A stretch of 64,000 bases of DNA, taken from the NCBI RefSeq assembly GCF_006345805.1, contig NC_043018.1, forward strand, positions 23,374,001 to 23,438,000. Reading direction: 5' to 3'. The notes under the pieces are model-generated. The model ran no database searches, had not been told where the DNA came from, and saw nothing but the letters and a program-made list of their open reading frames with translations. A program made the translations under genes and the position numbers. This DNA comes from Octopus sinensis (taxonomy: Eukaryota). Of the stretch, positions 51,474 through 63,950 are shown one piece after another. Numbering within the stretch: position 1 is the first letter of the stretch; the number at the start of each line of letters is the position of its first letter.

Positions 51474-51775
51474 TAGGGAATAAATCCAAACTTACAGGGA
51501 AAAATCAGATTTAGGATAAAATCCAATTTTATAGTAAAATATATTATATTATATTATATTAAATTAGAGATAAAACCACTATTAGGCAAATCAAACAATG
51601 AAAAACATAAGCCAATACATAAAATTAATTAATTTATATTATTTTAAATATATATCAAAAGTATTAAAAGTTTAATAAAAGATAAAGAGTAAAACACTAC
51701 GATCGTTTCATGGCTGTACAATTCGTAATAATTCGAGTTATGGTTACAGTCAATCTTCAGGTTAATTGAAATATT
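51474..51775 (-). mobile_element. Family H fragment with hammerhead at 51695-51763
   Basis: Minus: CTGAAGA-ttgactgt...acagccat-GAAA-cgatcg-TA-gtg. Confidence 0.7.
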
Positions 51776-52061
51776 GTGCTGGTGGCATGTAAAAAGCACC
51801 ATACTCCTGCACCTACAATATGTTAATTCATATTTGCTTTAATGTTAATTCTACTTTTAATTTTTTCCTGTGAACTTAGTTTAAAATTAGAAATTAGTGA
51901 TGGGAAAGCAAAGCAAAAATTAATTCATTCTCAGGCAATTGTTGGGATTTAATTTTTAATTCAGTTTCAAAACTGCTTGACATTTGCTATGAGTGTGTTA
52001 TAACATTCCAATCTCTGTTTCAAATAGAAGATGCCAGTTAGGTGTTTGTGCTCTGTTTTAA

Positions 52062-52509
52062 CCCTTTAGTGTTCAGAATACTCTGTTAAATGTAATACTT
52101 TTTCACTCAAATTGTTTTGAATTAATCATGCATTATCTTATAGCTTTGAGGTTTCAATGATGTGATTGTTTATTTTCAGAATGGCATTGTAGGTTAGGAG
52201 TGAGAGGCTAGATATCGCTAGTTTGAATATAAAACATGTAGAATATATTGGGCCGGATTTGGCCGATTTAAACACTAAAGGGTTAAACCATTAGCAATCA
52301 ATCTGGCCTTATCCAGCCAGAATATTCTACATATTTTATGTTCAAACCATACAGATACACCTCTCACACCTACCCTACAATGTCGTCCTTCTAAAAATAA
52401 GCAATCGCATCATGAAAATCTCAAAGCTACAAGACAGTTGCATGATTAACACAAAAGAATGTGAGTAAGCAATCTTTACATTTGTCAGAATAATCTGAAT
52501 GTTAAAGGG
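52062..52509. mobile_element. Two piggyBac-type MITEs in opposite orientation sharing one TTAA
   Basis: ttaa at 52058, 52283 and 52510; both relate to 35217-35437. Confidence 0.75.
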
Positions 52510-52554
52510 TTAACCTAAATCGAGATCTCGTTTATGTATTTCTTTTACATATCT

Positions 52555-52960
52555 ACACACACATACAAACACACAGACACACAGACACACGCACACGCAC
52601 AAACGCATTCACACTCACACACAGACACACACACACGCACACACGCACGCATTCACACAGACACACACACCACACACACACAGACACACACACACACGCA
52701 CACATGCACGCATTCACACTCACACACAGACACACACACACGCACACACGCATTCACACAGACACACACACACGCACACACACACGCACACACACACACA
52801 CACACACACGCACACCCGCACGCATTCACACTCACACACAGACACACACACACACACGCGCACAGACACGCACACATTCACACACACACACACACACACG
52901 CACACACGCAATCACACAGACACACACACACACATGCACGCACATACACACACACGCACA
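52555..52960. repeat. (CA)-rich minisatellite with cacgcattcaca anchor
   Basis: Direct observation. Confidence 0.85.
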
Positions 52961-53608
52961 CTTTCATCACAAAGTTTGTATTTGATTGCATGAGTTTTCC
53001 TTTTTAATTCATTTGAAATAAAAGATATGTAAGGACAGGGGTGTGTAGTCCTACGTCAGCAACATCAAATGGATATAGAACCAAAGGCATTCCACTATGA
53101 ACATCTACCTGTGTGTGCGTGTGTGTGTGTGTGTGCGTGTGTGCGTGTGTGCATGTGTGTGTATGTGTGTGTGTAGATATGCATTTGTGTATATGCATTT
53201 GTGCCATTATTTCAATAGCCACTTTTCCACATTTGCATGAGTTGAACAAAGTTTATCGAGGTTGGTTATTTACGGCCGGATGCTCTTCCTGTTGCCAACC
53301 TTTCACCTGTTTTGAAGCTCAGCAATATTTCCCTATGGCTAGACATGTTTTCACAGAATATTGTAAATGAATGACACTGCTTGTATCACAGTGACAATTA
53401 TTTACAACTATCACACAGTGTCATAGCAAGGAGACACGAACATTTATATATATATATATATAGAGATATATATATATAATATTAAATTAGAGATAAAACC
53501 ACTATTAGGCAAATCATACAATGAAAAACTTAAGCCAATACATAAGATTATTTAATTTATATTATTTAAATATATAACAAAATTATTAAAAAAATATAAT
53601 TAATATAA

Positions 53609-53672
53609 CACTACGATCGTTTCATGGCTGTTAATTTCTTTAAATTTTCGAGTTACAGTCATTCATCAGGTG
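53609..53672 (-). ncRNA. Type-I hammerhead ribozyme
   Basis: Reverse complement of 53715-53778. Confidence 0.75.
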
Positions 53673-53714
53673 GTTTAAATATTGATTAAACCTCGCCAAG
53701 TTAAATATTTAAAC

Positions 53715-53778
53715 CACCTGATGAATGACTGTAACTCGAAAATTTAAAGAAATTAACAGCCATGAAACGATCGTAGTG
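53715..53778 (+). ncRNA. Type-I hammerhead ribozyme
   Basis: cac-CTGATGA-atgactgt...acagccat-GAAA-cgatcg-TA-gtg; palindromic ACGATCGT stem III. Confidence 0.78.
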
Positions 53779-54528
53779 TTATATTAATTATATTTTTTTA
53801 ATAATTTTGTTATATATTTAAATAATATAAATTAAATAATCTTATGTATTGGCTTAAATTTTTCATTGTATGATTTGCCTAATAGTGGTTTTATCTCTAA
53901 TTTAATATAATATAATATTTTACTATAAAATTGGATTCAATCCTAAATCTGATTTTTCCCTGTAAGTTTGGATTTATTCCCTAATATTTATTATATGTAT
54001 ATATATATATATATATATACTGTGTAAATTATGAGGGTAAAAAATTAAAATAATTTATTACCAATGATTCGCATGCATAATAAAAAGTCACAAGACATGA
54101 GATATTTTTATATATAAGAGTGTATAAAGATTTATACACAGGAAGAAGAATTATTTTTGCGTGGTTTGGGTTTAAGAAGTCCTGTCAAGGTGCTTCTCTC
54201 TGTGTATAAATCTTTATACACTCTTATATGTGTGTGTGCGTGTGTGTGTGTGGTAGTGTTGGAGGTGGGATGTAGAGGAGGAGAAGATAAAAGAAGAAAA
54301 GAGTTGTTGGGTAGAAAGAGATATAACCTACGTGTGTATGTATATTGTGTGGGATGGATGTATATATCGTCATTTTAACATCCACTATACTATACTTATC
54401 TAACCTATACTGTTCTAGTTTAGGTTAGACAAGGTCTATTGAGACAACTTTTCTACACCTGGATACCCTTCCTATCGCCAACCATTGTTTCTAAATAAGG
54501 AAGAACACATTTGACACAGTATTCCTAC

Positions 54529-54566
<38 letters not shown>

Positions 54567-54567
<1 letters not shown>

Positions 54568-54733
54568 ACGGGAAGCTTTATGAAAATAGACAAAAGACGA
54601 AGGCAGGTTTACGGAAATAAACAAAAGACGAAGGCAGGTGGAATACAAACAAACAATTGTATTAGTATGGCGCTCAGGAAATATAAATGAAACAAGTCTT
54701 TAACGTTTCGAGCCTACGCTCTTCAACAGAAAC
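54567..54733 (-). mobile_element. Penelope-like fragment with CUGUUGA hammerhead variant (54697-54732) in (TA)n
   Basis: Minus: ttt-CTGTTGA-a-gagc gtag gctc-GAAA-cg-TT-aaaga; related to 41424-41608. Confidence 0.65.
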
Positions 54734-54884
54734 ATATATATGCAGCACGGATTTTTGTCAGTGAACAGGTCGCGGATTTTAGCGACGAAAATATTTTGAC
54801 AAATTAAACTTAAATGTTGAAGTGAATCGAACGGCTTTTGTGTGTTTCTTAAATGGCTTATAAACACCTTCCACGCTGCAATTG

Positions 54885-54927
<43 letters not shown>

Positions 54928-54959
<32 letters not shown>

Positions 54960-55725
54960 TGTTTAACATCCGCTTTCCATGCTGGCATGGGTTGGACTGT
55001 TTGACTGAGGACTGGTGAGTCAGAGGCTGCATCAGGTTCAATCTGGTCTGGCAAAGTTTCTACAGCTGGATGCCCTTCTTAATGTCAACCACTCCAAGAG
55101 TGTAATGGGTGCTTTTTATGTCCCACTGGCACGAGGGCCAGTCAGGCGATTCTGGCAATGACCACACTCATGCTCAAAAGGTGCTTTTACATGCTACCTG
55201 CATGGGAGCCAGTCCGGTGGCACTGGCAACGACCATGGTCAAATGTTGTTTTTCACATCCCACTGGCAAATGTACTAGTAAGGCGACGCTGGCAACGATC
55301 ATGCTCGAGTGGTGCTTTTCACGTGTCACCGGCACGGAAGCCAATCCATGGCCCTGGCACCAATCACGCTCAGACATGCTTTTAACGTTCCACTGGCACA
55401 AGTGCCAATCAGGCAGTACTATCATCGGCCACATCAACAATTTTGGTTTGTTTATAGTTGCCTCAACAGGTCTTTTCAACCAAAGTTCATTGTCCAATGA
55501 CTGAGGATTACTCATAAGTGGCCCGGTTACACCCCATGTTTGGATGTGCTTTTAATGTTCGACTGGCACAAGTGCCAATCATGCAGTATTGTCATCGGCC
55601 ACGTCAGAGATTTTGGTTTTGATTTTGATTTCACTTGCCTCAATAGGTCTTCACAAGCAAGGTTTATTGTCCAATGAATGAGGGGTATTCATAAATGGGC
55701 TAGTTACACCCACTGGCATTGGCAT

Positions 55726-55779
<54 letters not shown>

Positions 55780-56195
55780 CATCATCATCATCATCATCGT
55801 CATTATCATCATTTAACATTTGCTTTCCATGCTTTCCATGGGTTGGACGGTTTGACTGAGGTTTGGAGAGCCAGCGGCTGCACCAGGCTCCAATCTGAAC
55901 TGGCAAGGATTCTACAGCTGGATGCCCTTCATAATGCCAACCACACTGAGAGCATAGTGGGTACTTTTTTATGTGCCACCAGCACAGGAGCCAGTCAGGT
56001 GGGCATGGCATCGATCATATTCAGATTGTGCTTTTTACATGCCACTGGCACAGCAGCCAGTCAGGGGCCACTGGCATCAACCACGTTTGGATTGTGCTTT
56101 TTACTTGCCACTGACATGGGAGCCAGTCAGGCGGACCTGGTATTGAGTACGTTCAGATGATGCTTTTTACATGCTACCAGCATGGGGGCCAGTCG
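54928..56195 (-). mobile_element. Two successive family B elements; the first includes an extended, duplicated 5' region
   Basis: (cat)n tails at ~54928 and ~55778; many modules; ttgcctcaa(c/t)aggtctt also at 6830. Confidence 0.8.
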
Positions 56196-57053
56196 GGTGT
56201 GGGAGACAGGCTTCTTTCAGTTTCTGTCTACCAAATCCTTTCTCAGGGCTTTGGTCAGCCTGGGACTACAGAACTACAGTAGAAGACACTTGATTTGGTA
56301 ATAGTGATCAGATGTGCATGCTGTGCATTGTATCACTCCCACCATCAGATGGACATTGCTTGAACAGGTGCTCAGCATACCATACCAGGTGTGTCAATGT
56401 GATTGCAGAGCAACGAGAGATGAAGTTTTTTTCTCAAGAACACCACCTGGGCTAGGAAGTGAAACCATGATCTCACAATTGTGAGGTGCAACACCCTAAC
56501 CACTAAGCCATGTACCTTAAAAACACACACATACACTCATGCACACACATTATATACACACAGCCACACTGGCAGGTAGAGAAAAGTAAAGTGGCTGTGA
56601 ATTATAGACTTGCCTTTTTCACTGTGAATTCTGCTTGAATAATAAGTACGTAGTTTTAATGTAAGAATATTAATTCTGAAAATATTCCAGTGAACGAGTG
56701 AAATTAGGAAACTCAAACTAATATTACGTGATAATTTCCAATCACTGCCAGTTTAGGCAGCAATAAATGTGAAGTGGTTGCTAAAAATAGTGCAGAATAT
56801 TAGTGTTAAATAGTTTAGTGACTCTTGTAATGCACACATAGTGAAGATAATGGCTTGGCCAATCATAATTTTCTATAATCAATAAATCACATTTTGTTTA
56901 CATCCCCCATGGATAAATGATTAAAAATCAATAAATAAGTCAAGTGCTAATAGACAGAAGTCAAGCAACACGAAAGAGAGAAGTGTTTCTCAGTGTGGGC
57001 CTGTATCAAGTTTATCTTAAAAAGAATCAAGAGGAAATTAAGAGAAACAAAGT

Positions 57054-57905
57054 AGGTGTAGGCATGGCTGTGTGGTAAGAGGTTTGCTTCCCAACCACAT
57101 GGTTTCAGGTTCAGTCCCATTGTGTGGCACCTTATTTTTTTATTGCCCACAAGGGGCTAAACATAGAGGGGACGAACAAGGACAGACAAAGGGATTAAGT
57201 TGATTACATTGACTCCAGTGCATAACTGGTACTTAATTTATCGTACTTAATTTATGGTACTTAATAAGGCGGCGAGCTGGCAGAATTGTTAGCATGCCGG
57301 GTGAAATGCGTAGCCATATTTCGTCTGCTGTTACATTCTGAGTTCAAATTCCGCCGAGGTCAACTTTGCCTTTCATCCTTTCGGGGTCGATTACATAAGT
57401 ACCAGCTACACACTGGGGTCGATGTAATCGACTTAATCCATTTGTCTGTCCTTGTTTGTCCTTTCTGTGTTTAGCCCTTTGTGGGTAGTAAAGAAATAGG
57501 TACTTAATTTATCGACCCCAAAAGGATGAAAGGCAAAGTCGACCTCGGCGGAATTTGAACTCAGAACGTAACGGCAGACGAAATATTGCTAAACATTTCG
57601 CCTGACATACTAACGATTCTGCCAGCTCACCGCAAGTGTCTTCTATTATAGACCCACATCAACAAAAGCCTTGTGAGTGGGTTTGATAGATGGAAACTGA
57701 AAAAAAGCCCATTATGTATGTGTGTGTGTGTGTATGTGTCTTCCCAACATTTAGCAACTGGTGTTAGTTTGTTTATGTTCTGACAACTTAACAGTTCAGC
57801 AAAAGAGACTGACAGAATAAGTACCAGACTTAAAAGAAATATAACTACCTTCAAGGTAGTACCCCATCATGGCTACAATCCAATGGATGAAATATGTAAA
57901 AGTGA
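57054..57905 (+). mobile_element. Triple nest: family A host, family D (minus, 57133-57632), family D (plus, 57266-57498)
   Basis: Host split at ggcacc|...|caagtgtc; inner TSD ggtacttaat at 57256-57265 and 57499-57508. Confidence 0.8.
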
Positions 57906-58485
57906 GAAGAAAAAAAACACCTTTTTTTTGCTGATGTTTACTTATCGTGTTGGCTCTGAACCAACTGTACTGTATCGAATAAACACAGAAACAACTGGAC
58001 TGTATCGAATAAACATAGAAAGGTTTTATGTAACAAGCAGCTTAAATACAACTAAAACTTAATCGAAGTGACATTTAGACAACACATTCCAATTTTAACC
58101 CTCTGTATGCTCCATATATCACGTGATACGCAGGACATATTGCCCCAGCATCCATGCATCAGATGTGACACACATTCCCCAAATTTTTCCAACCATTGGA
58201 GTAACTTGGGAGTTATAAAAAGGGAAGCTTTATATTGTTCTGAAATAAAGACTAACAAAAAATCTGAAAAATAGAATGGGTGTTTAGGATAAACTTACAA
58301 AAATGCATTGAACAGGCAAATGGTTAAAAAATTTTGGTGAAAAATATTTTAATAGGAAGTGTTTGGAATGTAACCAAAGGAAAGCTATGATTTTGTTACT
58401 TTTGTAAAAAAACAGAATGCTTGTTTTATATCACATTGGTTATCAACTCACAAAAGCTGGTGAGATGTATGCAACTATAGGAAGT

Positions 58486-58742
58486 TTAACTCTTTAACAT
58501 TTAAACTGACTATATATTCTATGTTTTATGTTCAAACTAACCAGATTTGGCCTATCATGCTTGCCATACAATGTCATTCTAAATATAGTCGTGGCTGTGT
58601 GGTAAGAAGCTTGCTTCTCAAACACATAGTTTGGGATTCTGTCCCACTGTGTGGCACCTTGATCAAGTGATTTCAACTATAGCCTTGGCCCAACCAAATC
58701 CTTGTGAGTGGATTTGGTAGATGGAAACTGAAAGAAGCCTGT

Positions 58743-58795
<53 letters not shown>

Positions 58796-59083
58796 ATGTA
58801 TGTATATATTTATGTGTGTGTTTCTTTGTGTCTGTATTTGTGTCCCCATAACTTAGTTTAAGATACCAATAGAATAAGTACTAGGCTTACAAAGAATAAG
58901 TCTTGGAGTCGATTGCTTCGACTAAAATCCCTTGAAGGTGGTGCTCCAGCATGGTCACAGTCAAAATGACTGAAACAAGTAAAAGAATATCTAGAAGCAG
59001 TGAGACAATGTATAATTAATTCAAACCCATTTGAATGAATACACATTATGTTTGACAGAATCACCTCAATGGCAAAGGGTTAA
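58486..59083. mobile_element. piggyBac-type MITE interrupted by a family A SINE (58589-58989, plus)
   Basis: ttaactctttaacattt ... ggcaaagggttaa ends. Confidence 0.65.
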
Positions 59084-59269
59084 GTCTGCTGTGCTTGGAA
59101 AGTCACACTACAAGGAAACATTTAATGTTATTTATTTATAGGAGTGAGATGGGGTTGGGGGGTGAGATGAAATTCCATGGAGACTTTGTAGGAGTATTTG
59201 TGAATGATGGAGTTGCATCTGTGATAAAAGAAAATTTCTGGTTCTCTTGCAAGAACAAAATTGAAAACC

Positions 59270-59503
59270 TATTTCTTTACTACCCACAAGGGGCTAAACA
59301 CAGAGAGGACAAACAAGGACAGACAAACGGATTAAGTCGATTATATCGCCCCCAGTGCGTAACTGGTACTTATTTAATCGACCCCGAAAGTTATGAAAGG
59401 CAAAGTCGACCTCAGCAGAATTTGAACTCAGAACGTAGCAGCAGACGAAATACAGCTAAGCATTTCGCCTGGTGTGCTAACAATTCTGCCAGCGCACCGC
59501 CTT
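59270..59503 (-). mobile_element. Full-length family D SINE with 13-bp TSD
   Basis: aaaattgaaaacc at 59257-59269 and 59504-59516. Confidence 0.88.
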
Positions 59504-59535
59504 AAAATTGAAAACCCTAACGTTGAGAGCATCCA

Positions 59536-59727
59536 TTGTTGTTTCCATTGTTAATGCTTCAAAATCTGAAATTAGTCCTAAAGGCTGCAGCAAAACTGGT
59601 CAGTTTTGTTAAATCAAAATTACTAAATGGCAGAACTAGTGCTGGTGAGGTACTCCTTCAATTAGCTATCACCACAGAACCTCCTATGGGATATAGTACC
59701 CGTCTGACCATCTTTCTGTTTTGGTAA
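59536..59727 (+). pseudogene. Possible hAT transposase remnant
   Basis: LKLVLKAAAKLVSFVKSK resembles the hAT L.....KIV.F.K.S helix that precedes the D..TRW.S motif; weak. Confidence 0.3.
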
Positions 59728-60249
59728 TGGATAAAATAAGTCAGAATGTTGACACAGAGGTAGATGTAGGACTCTGTTAGAAAGTTCATGCAGTAATTAA
59801 TGAATTAACAGCTAAGATTTGTTTTAATGAATACCTCTCTCCACCCTCATTGTAGAATATTCTATTAGGCATGGGTGTATGGTTAAGAAGCATGCTTCCT
59901 AATCATGGGGTCTCAGGTTCAATTTGTGGTGGTACTTTGTCTCCTGCTACAGCCCTAGGCCAAGTATATATATATATCTATATATATATATATAAATCAA
60001 ATTAGCGATAAAACCACTATTAGGCAACTCAAACAATGATAGACATAAACTAAAATATACTCCCTAATATTATTATATATATATATATAGATAGATAGAT
60101 AGTTAATCCAAACATGAAAACACAAAGAGAAAACACAACAACACGAGGACATGGAACAAATATATTATTATATATAGTATATTATTATTGGACGCTCAGG
60201 AAAGAAGGAGGTATATATACATATACATATATGTGTATATATTTTACTA

Positions 60250-60481
60250 TTGGATTGGTGCATAATTATTGAGGCTTTTTTTTTTTTCAACTATAATAAT
60301 AACAAAAACATCTTTAAATGACGGTCTGACCGTCTGCCAAGAAAATGGAAAGCAGTATTTGAAGTAGATGGTGAATATGCTCCAGAATAAACATTTAAAG
60401 ATGCTTTTGTTACATGTTGTTATTATTTTTGTTGAATAAAATTTGTTGAAAAAAAGCCGCAATAATTATGCATCAACCCAA
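60250..60481 (+). mobile_element. Internally deleted mariner element
   Basis: TIRs ttggattggtgcataattattg / caataattatgcatcaacccaa with TA flanks; internal RLPRKWKAVFEVDGEYAPE* resembles the mariner C-terminus. Confidence 0.8.
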
Positions 60482-61094
60482 TATAATGGGCTTTATGTCC
60501 GTCTGTCTGTCTGTCTGTTCCCTTTTCAAAGCCAAACAGCTGGACCAATGGTCACGATGTTTTTCGGGAGTACGAAGGAGGTTTCCAGGAAGGTTTTTAG
60601 GAGAAAAAATTTGAAAAGTATGATTGTTTAGTGGATATTGGGGGCAATTATTCAGTTTACGGGCGTAAAAAAAAAACTAAATAAAAATTAAGGGGGAGTT
60701 AACTAATAAAGGAAGCAAAGGGAAGTAAGCCAAGTTTTAATTAATATTTTATTCTTCTCCACTCAATTACGCCATATAAATCCGTGCAAATACGAGACAA
60801 ACAAAACCTCTGAAGTGCCGAATTGACGGCGTAATTTGCATCCATGTATAGCCACCGTTTAAAATTCCGATATCATGATATGATCGACAGCCATCATTTA
60901 TTATGCGACTCCCTGTCAGAATCTATCAAAGAATTAATGCTGTCAAAGTCTGCTCAGAACGAACAGGTACTTCCACCAAGAAGCATTTCTTAGAAACTCT
61001 CTCTCTATTCTGCTGAATACCCACCTCCCCTTAATTTTTATTTGCTTCTTTTTTTTAACCCTGCAAACTGAACTATTATCGATATTGAATTTTG

Positions 61095-61516
61095 GGCGAT
61101 CTTTCGTCTCTAGTAGACCTTTCCTTCGATTTCCGTAAATTTTTTTTTTTTTTACATATGGGCTTGCGGGAACTTTTGAAGTAATATACATACATATACA
61201 CATACACCGAGTAAAAAATTTCAGTTATCTCTTTCTTTCACACATTACTCTGTCTCTTCACACACACTAACAGAAGCACTTCACTTACACAACATACTGT
61301 CTGTCTCCCACACCCCATCAAACACACACACACACACATGTACATCAATGCTTCACATGCACGGTAACTTCAAAAGAACTTCCCCCGTCATACAATCGCT
61401 TTCTCTTAGTCTCTTTCGCTCTCATTACTTCAAAAGTTCCCGCAAGCCCATATGTAAAAAAAAAAATTTATTTTACGGAAATCGACGGAAAGGTCTACTA
61501 GAGACGAAAGATTGCC
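61095..61516. mobile_element. MITE, near-identical inverted copy of 16024-16447
   Basis: Same TIRs; imperfect 8-bp flanks gaattttg / aaattttg. Confidence 0.85.
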
Positions 61517-61687
61517 AAATTTTGTATTTATTAATCATCTTTGATATTTTTTTGGTTAAAATTCCAGCGACGAGGATTAACTCTGGATTCCCCCACACCA
61601 TTATAGTTCGTAATTTCAGAGGGCTTAGATTTATTTCCTGTCATAGATGGGCAGATTCCTAAAGGTTCCACTCGCGCATTCACAGCA

Positions 61688-61837
61688 AAGACTTTAGATC
61701 GTGTAGGTGTATTTTTACCCTTTCCAATGTTTACTCACGGCTGGTTATACTTTGCTTTGAATAGAGCAATGGACTCCAGGAATTTGAAAATTAGTGTCAA
61801 CCAAACAGAAAATATCGTCTACAAAGAAGTTTTGTAA
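61688..61837 (+). pseudogene. Helitron Pif1-like helicase C-terminus
   Basis: KTLDRVGVFLPFPMFTHGWLYFALNRA...LKI...TENIVYKEVL* matches QTL..VG..L..PVFSHGQLYVALSR...T.NIVY.EVL. Confidence 0.85.
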
Positions 61838-62099
61838 TCATATTGATATTATCGAAAGGAATATGATTCATAATTTAAATAAGGACATTTGTGAACTTTG
61901 AATGTATAAGAGTATAAACAAGCGTAATATAGTGTAAACAACTAAAATAAAAGTATATCTAAATAACATAGTCAAGATTATTTGCCAACGTAATGTGGCA
62001 GTCCTGGTTAAGACAAATGTTGCTATTATTTAGCCCCAGGAAACTTCGTCTCCATAAATAACAGTAACAATTGTCCTAACCAGGACTGCCACATTATGT

Positions 62100-62311
62100 T
62101 ACTCTTTTACTTGTTTCAGTCATTAGACTGTGACCATGCTGGAGCACCGCCTTTAGTCGAGCAAATCGACCCCAGGACTTATTCTTTGTAAGCCTAGTAC
62201 ATATTCTATCGGTCTCTTTTTACCGAACTGCCAAGTTACGGGGGCATAAACACACCAACATCGGTTGTCAAGCGATGTTGGGGGGGGGGGACAACACAGA
62301 CACACAAACAT

Positions 62312-62377
<66 letters not shown>

Positions 62378-62552
62378 TACGACGGGCCTCTTTCAGTTTC
62401 CGTCTACCAAATCCGCTCACAAGGTTTTGGTCAGCCCGAGGCTTATAGCAGAAGACACTTGCTCAAGGTGCCACGCAGTAGGACTGAACACCCGGAACCA
62501 CACACCTACTTTCCACACAGCCACACCTATGCCTATGCACACAGCCACTCCT
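62100..62552 (-). mobile_element. Family A SINE
   Basis: Reverse match with duplicated head end. Confidence 0.85.
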
Positions 62553-62967
62553 AGGCAAATAATATTTACTCAAGAGTACTGTTGCTGAATGCCTCTTGGT
62601 GACAGACTCAGAAATAATAATTTATCTAAATAACGTTTTTTTTTTCCTTAATACTTTTTATGCAGTGGTTGAAGGAAGCTCTAGCTTTCGTTAGGAGTAG
62701 TCTACATAACCATTCATAATATACAGGTTGGGAGCCTATTTCAGTTTGGGAGGGAATCGTCATCAGATGTCACTTAATCGCAAACACATGTCATGTAGTT
62801 GCAATAGAATGCCGTATCACCAATAATAATGTGATTTCTCTAAGACATCACCCAGTAATCTATGAAGTCCATTTACACATTTCTCAATACATACTACTGT
62901 TATGACTTCTCCCCCTCCCACATTTTATGCCTCTGTTGTAGATGAGTAGATTTGCTAATATATATCA

Positions 62968-63365
62968 GCATCGTCGTTTAACGTCCGCTTTCCATGCTAG
63001 CATGGGTTGGACGATTTTGACTGAGGACTGGTGAACCAGATGGCTGCACCAGGCTCCACTCTTGATCTGGCAGAGTTTCTACAGCTGGATGCCCTCCCTA
63101 ACGCCAACCACTCCGAGAGTGTAGTGGGTGCTTTTTACGTGCCACCGGCATGGAGGACAGTCAAGTGGTACTGACAACGATCTCGCTCGAATCTTTTTAC
63201 ACATGCAACTGGCACAGGTGCCAATAAGGTGACACTGGTAATGATCACGCTCGAATGGTGCCCTTTTATGTGCCACCGGCATGGAAGCCAGTTAGCCACT
63301 CTGGCAATGATCACGCTCGGATGGTGCTCTTGGCACCCTACTAGCACGGGCACAAGTGCCAGTAA
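62968..63365 (-). mobile_element. Family B element
   Basis: Tail plus modules. Confidence 0.85.
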
Positions 63366-63714
63366 CTCCAAATTTAGGGGAATGGAATACAACCTTCTAC
63401 ATCAATAAACTACTATCATTCCTGAAAGTTGTTTTTTTTTATACTTTCTGCAGACTGCTTGAAGCTTACTAACTTCCTACGTCTTGATCCTTAGATCTTA
63501 CATTTACATGTATATCTGTGCATCTCTGTGTGTACACCCTTGTCACGACATCACATTAATGATTGTAAATGATGTTCGTTTTCAGTCATCTGAGAAAAAC
63601 ATGCCTGGTCATAGGGAAATATTAGTAAAATAAAGACCCCCTTTGGTCAAGAATGACCAAGGATTGCACATAGAAAGTTCCCCTGCAAAGCACAAGTCCA
63701 GGCAAGGACTTGTG

Positions 63715-63950
63715 AAATAAGTACCAGTTGCGCACTGGGGTTAATGCAATCAGCTAGCTCCCTCTCCACAAAATTCAGGTTTGTGCCGATAGTTGAAAGA
63801 ATTAACACTATGGAAGGCAGCAAGCTGGCAGAACCATTGGCACATCAGACGAAGTGCTTAATGCTCTTCTGACTTTACGTTTTGAGTTCAAATGCCACCA
63901 AAGTCAGCTTTTGCTTTACATTTTTTGAAAGGTCAATAAAATAAGTACCA
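63715..63950 (+). mobile_element. Degraded family D SINE pieces
   Basis: aataagtaccagttgcgcactgggg; aaggcagcaagctggcagaa head; gagttcaaat. Confidence 0.6.

Larger units (their letters stand above)
53479..53992. mobile_element. Family H inverted pair within (TA)n
   Basis: Arms ~53479-53683 and ~53703-53908 are near-perfect reverse complements; right arm extends about 85 bp further. Confidence 0.8.
60485..61945 (+). mobile_element. Degraded Helitron carrying a RepHel helicase remnant, interrupted by a MITE
   Basis: 5' (gtct)n block seen in Helitron-like elements, helicase C-terminus at 61688-61837; termini degenerate, so boundaries are approximate. Confidence 0.55.

Noticed and set aside
62730-62770. 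Minus-strand CTGATGA...GAAA
   Set aside because: No pairing for stems I or II; likely chance.
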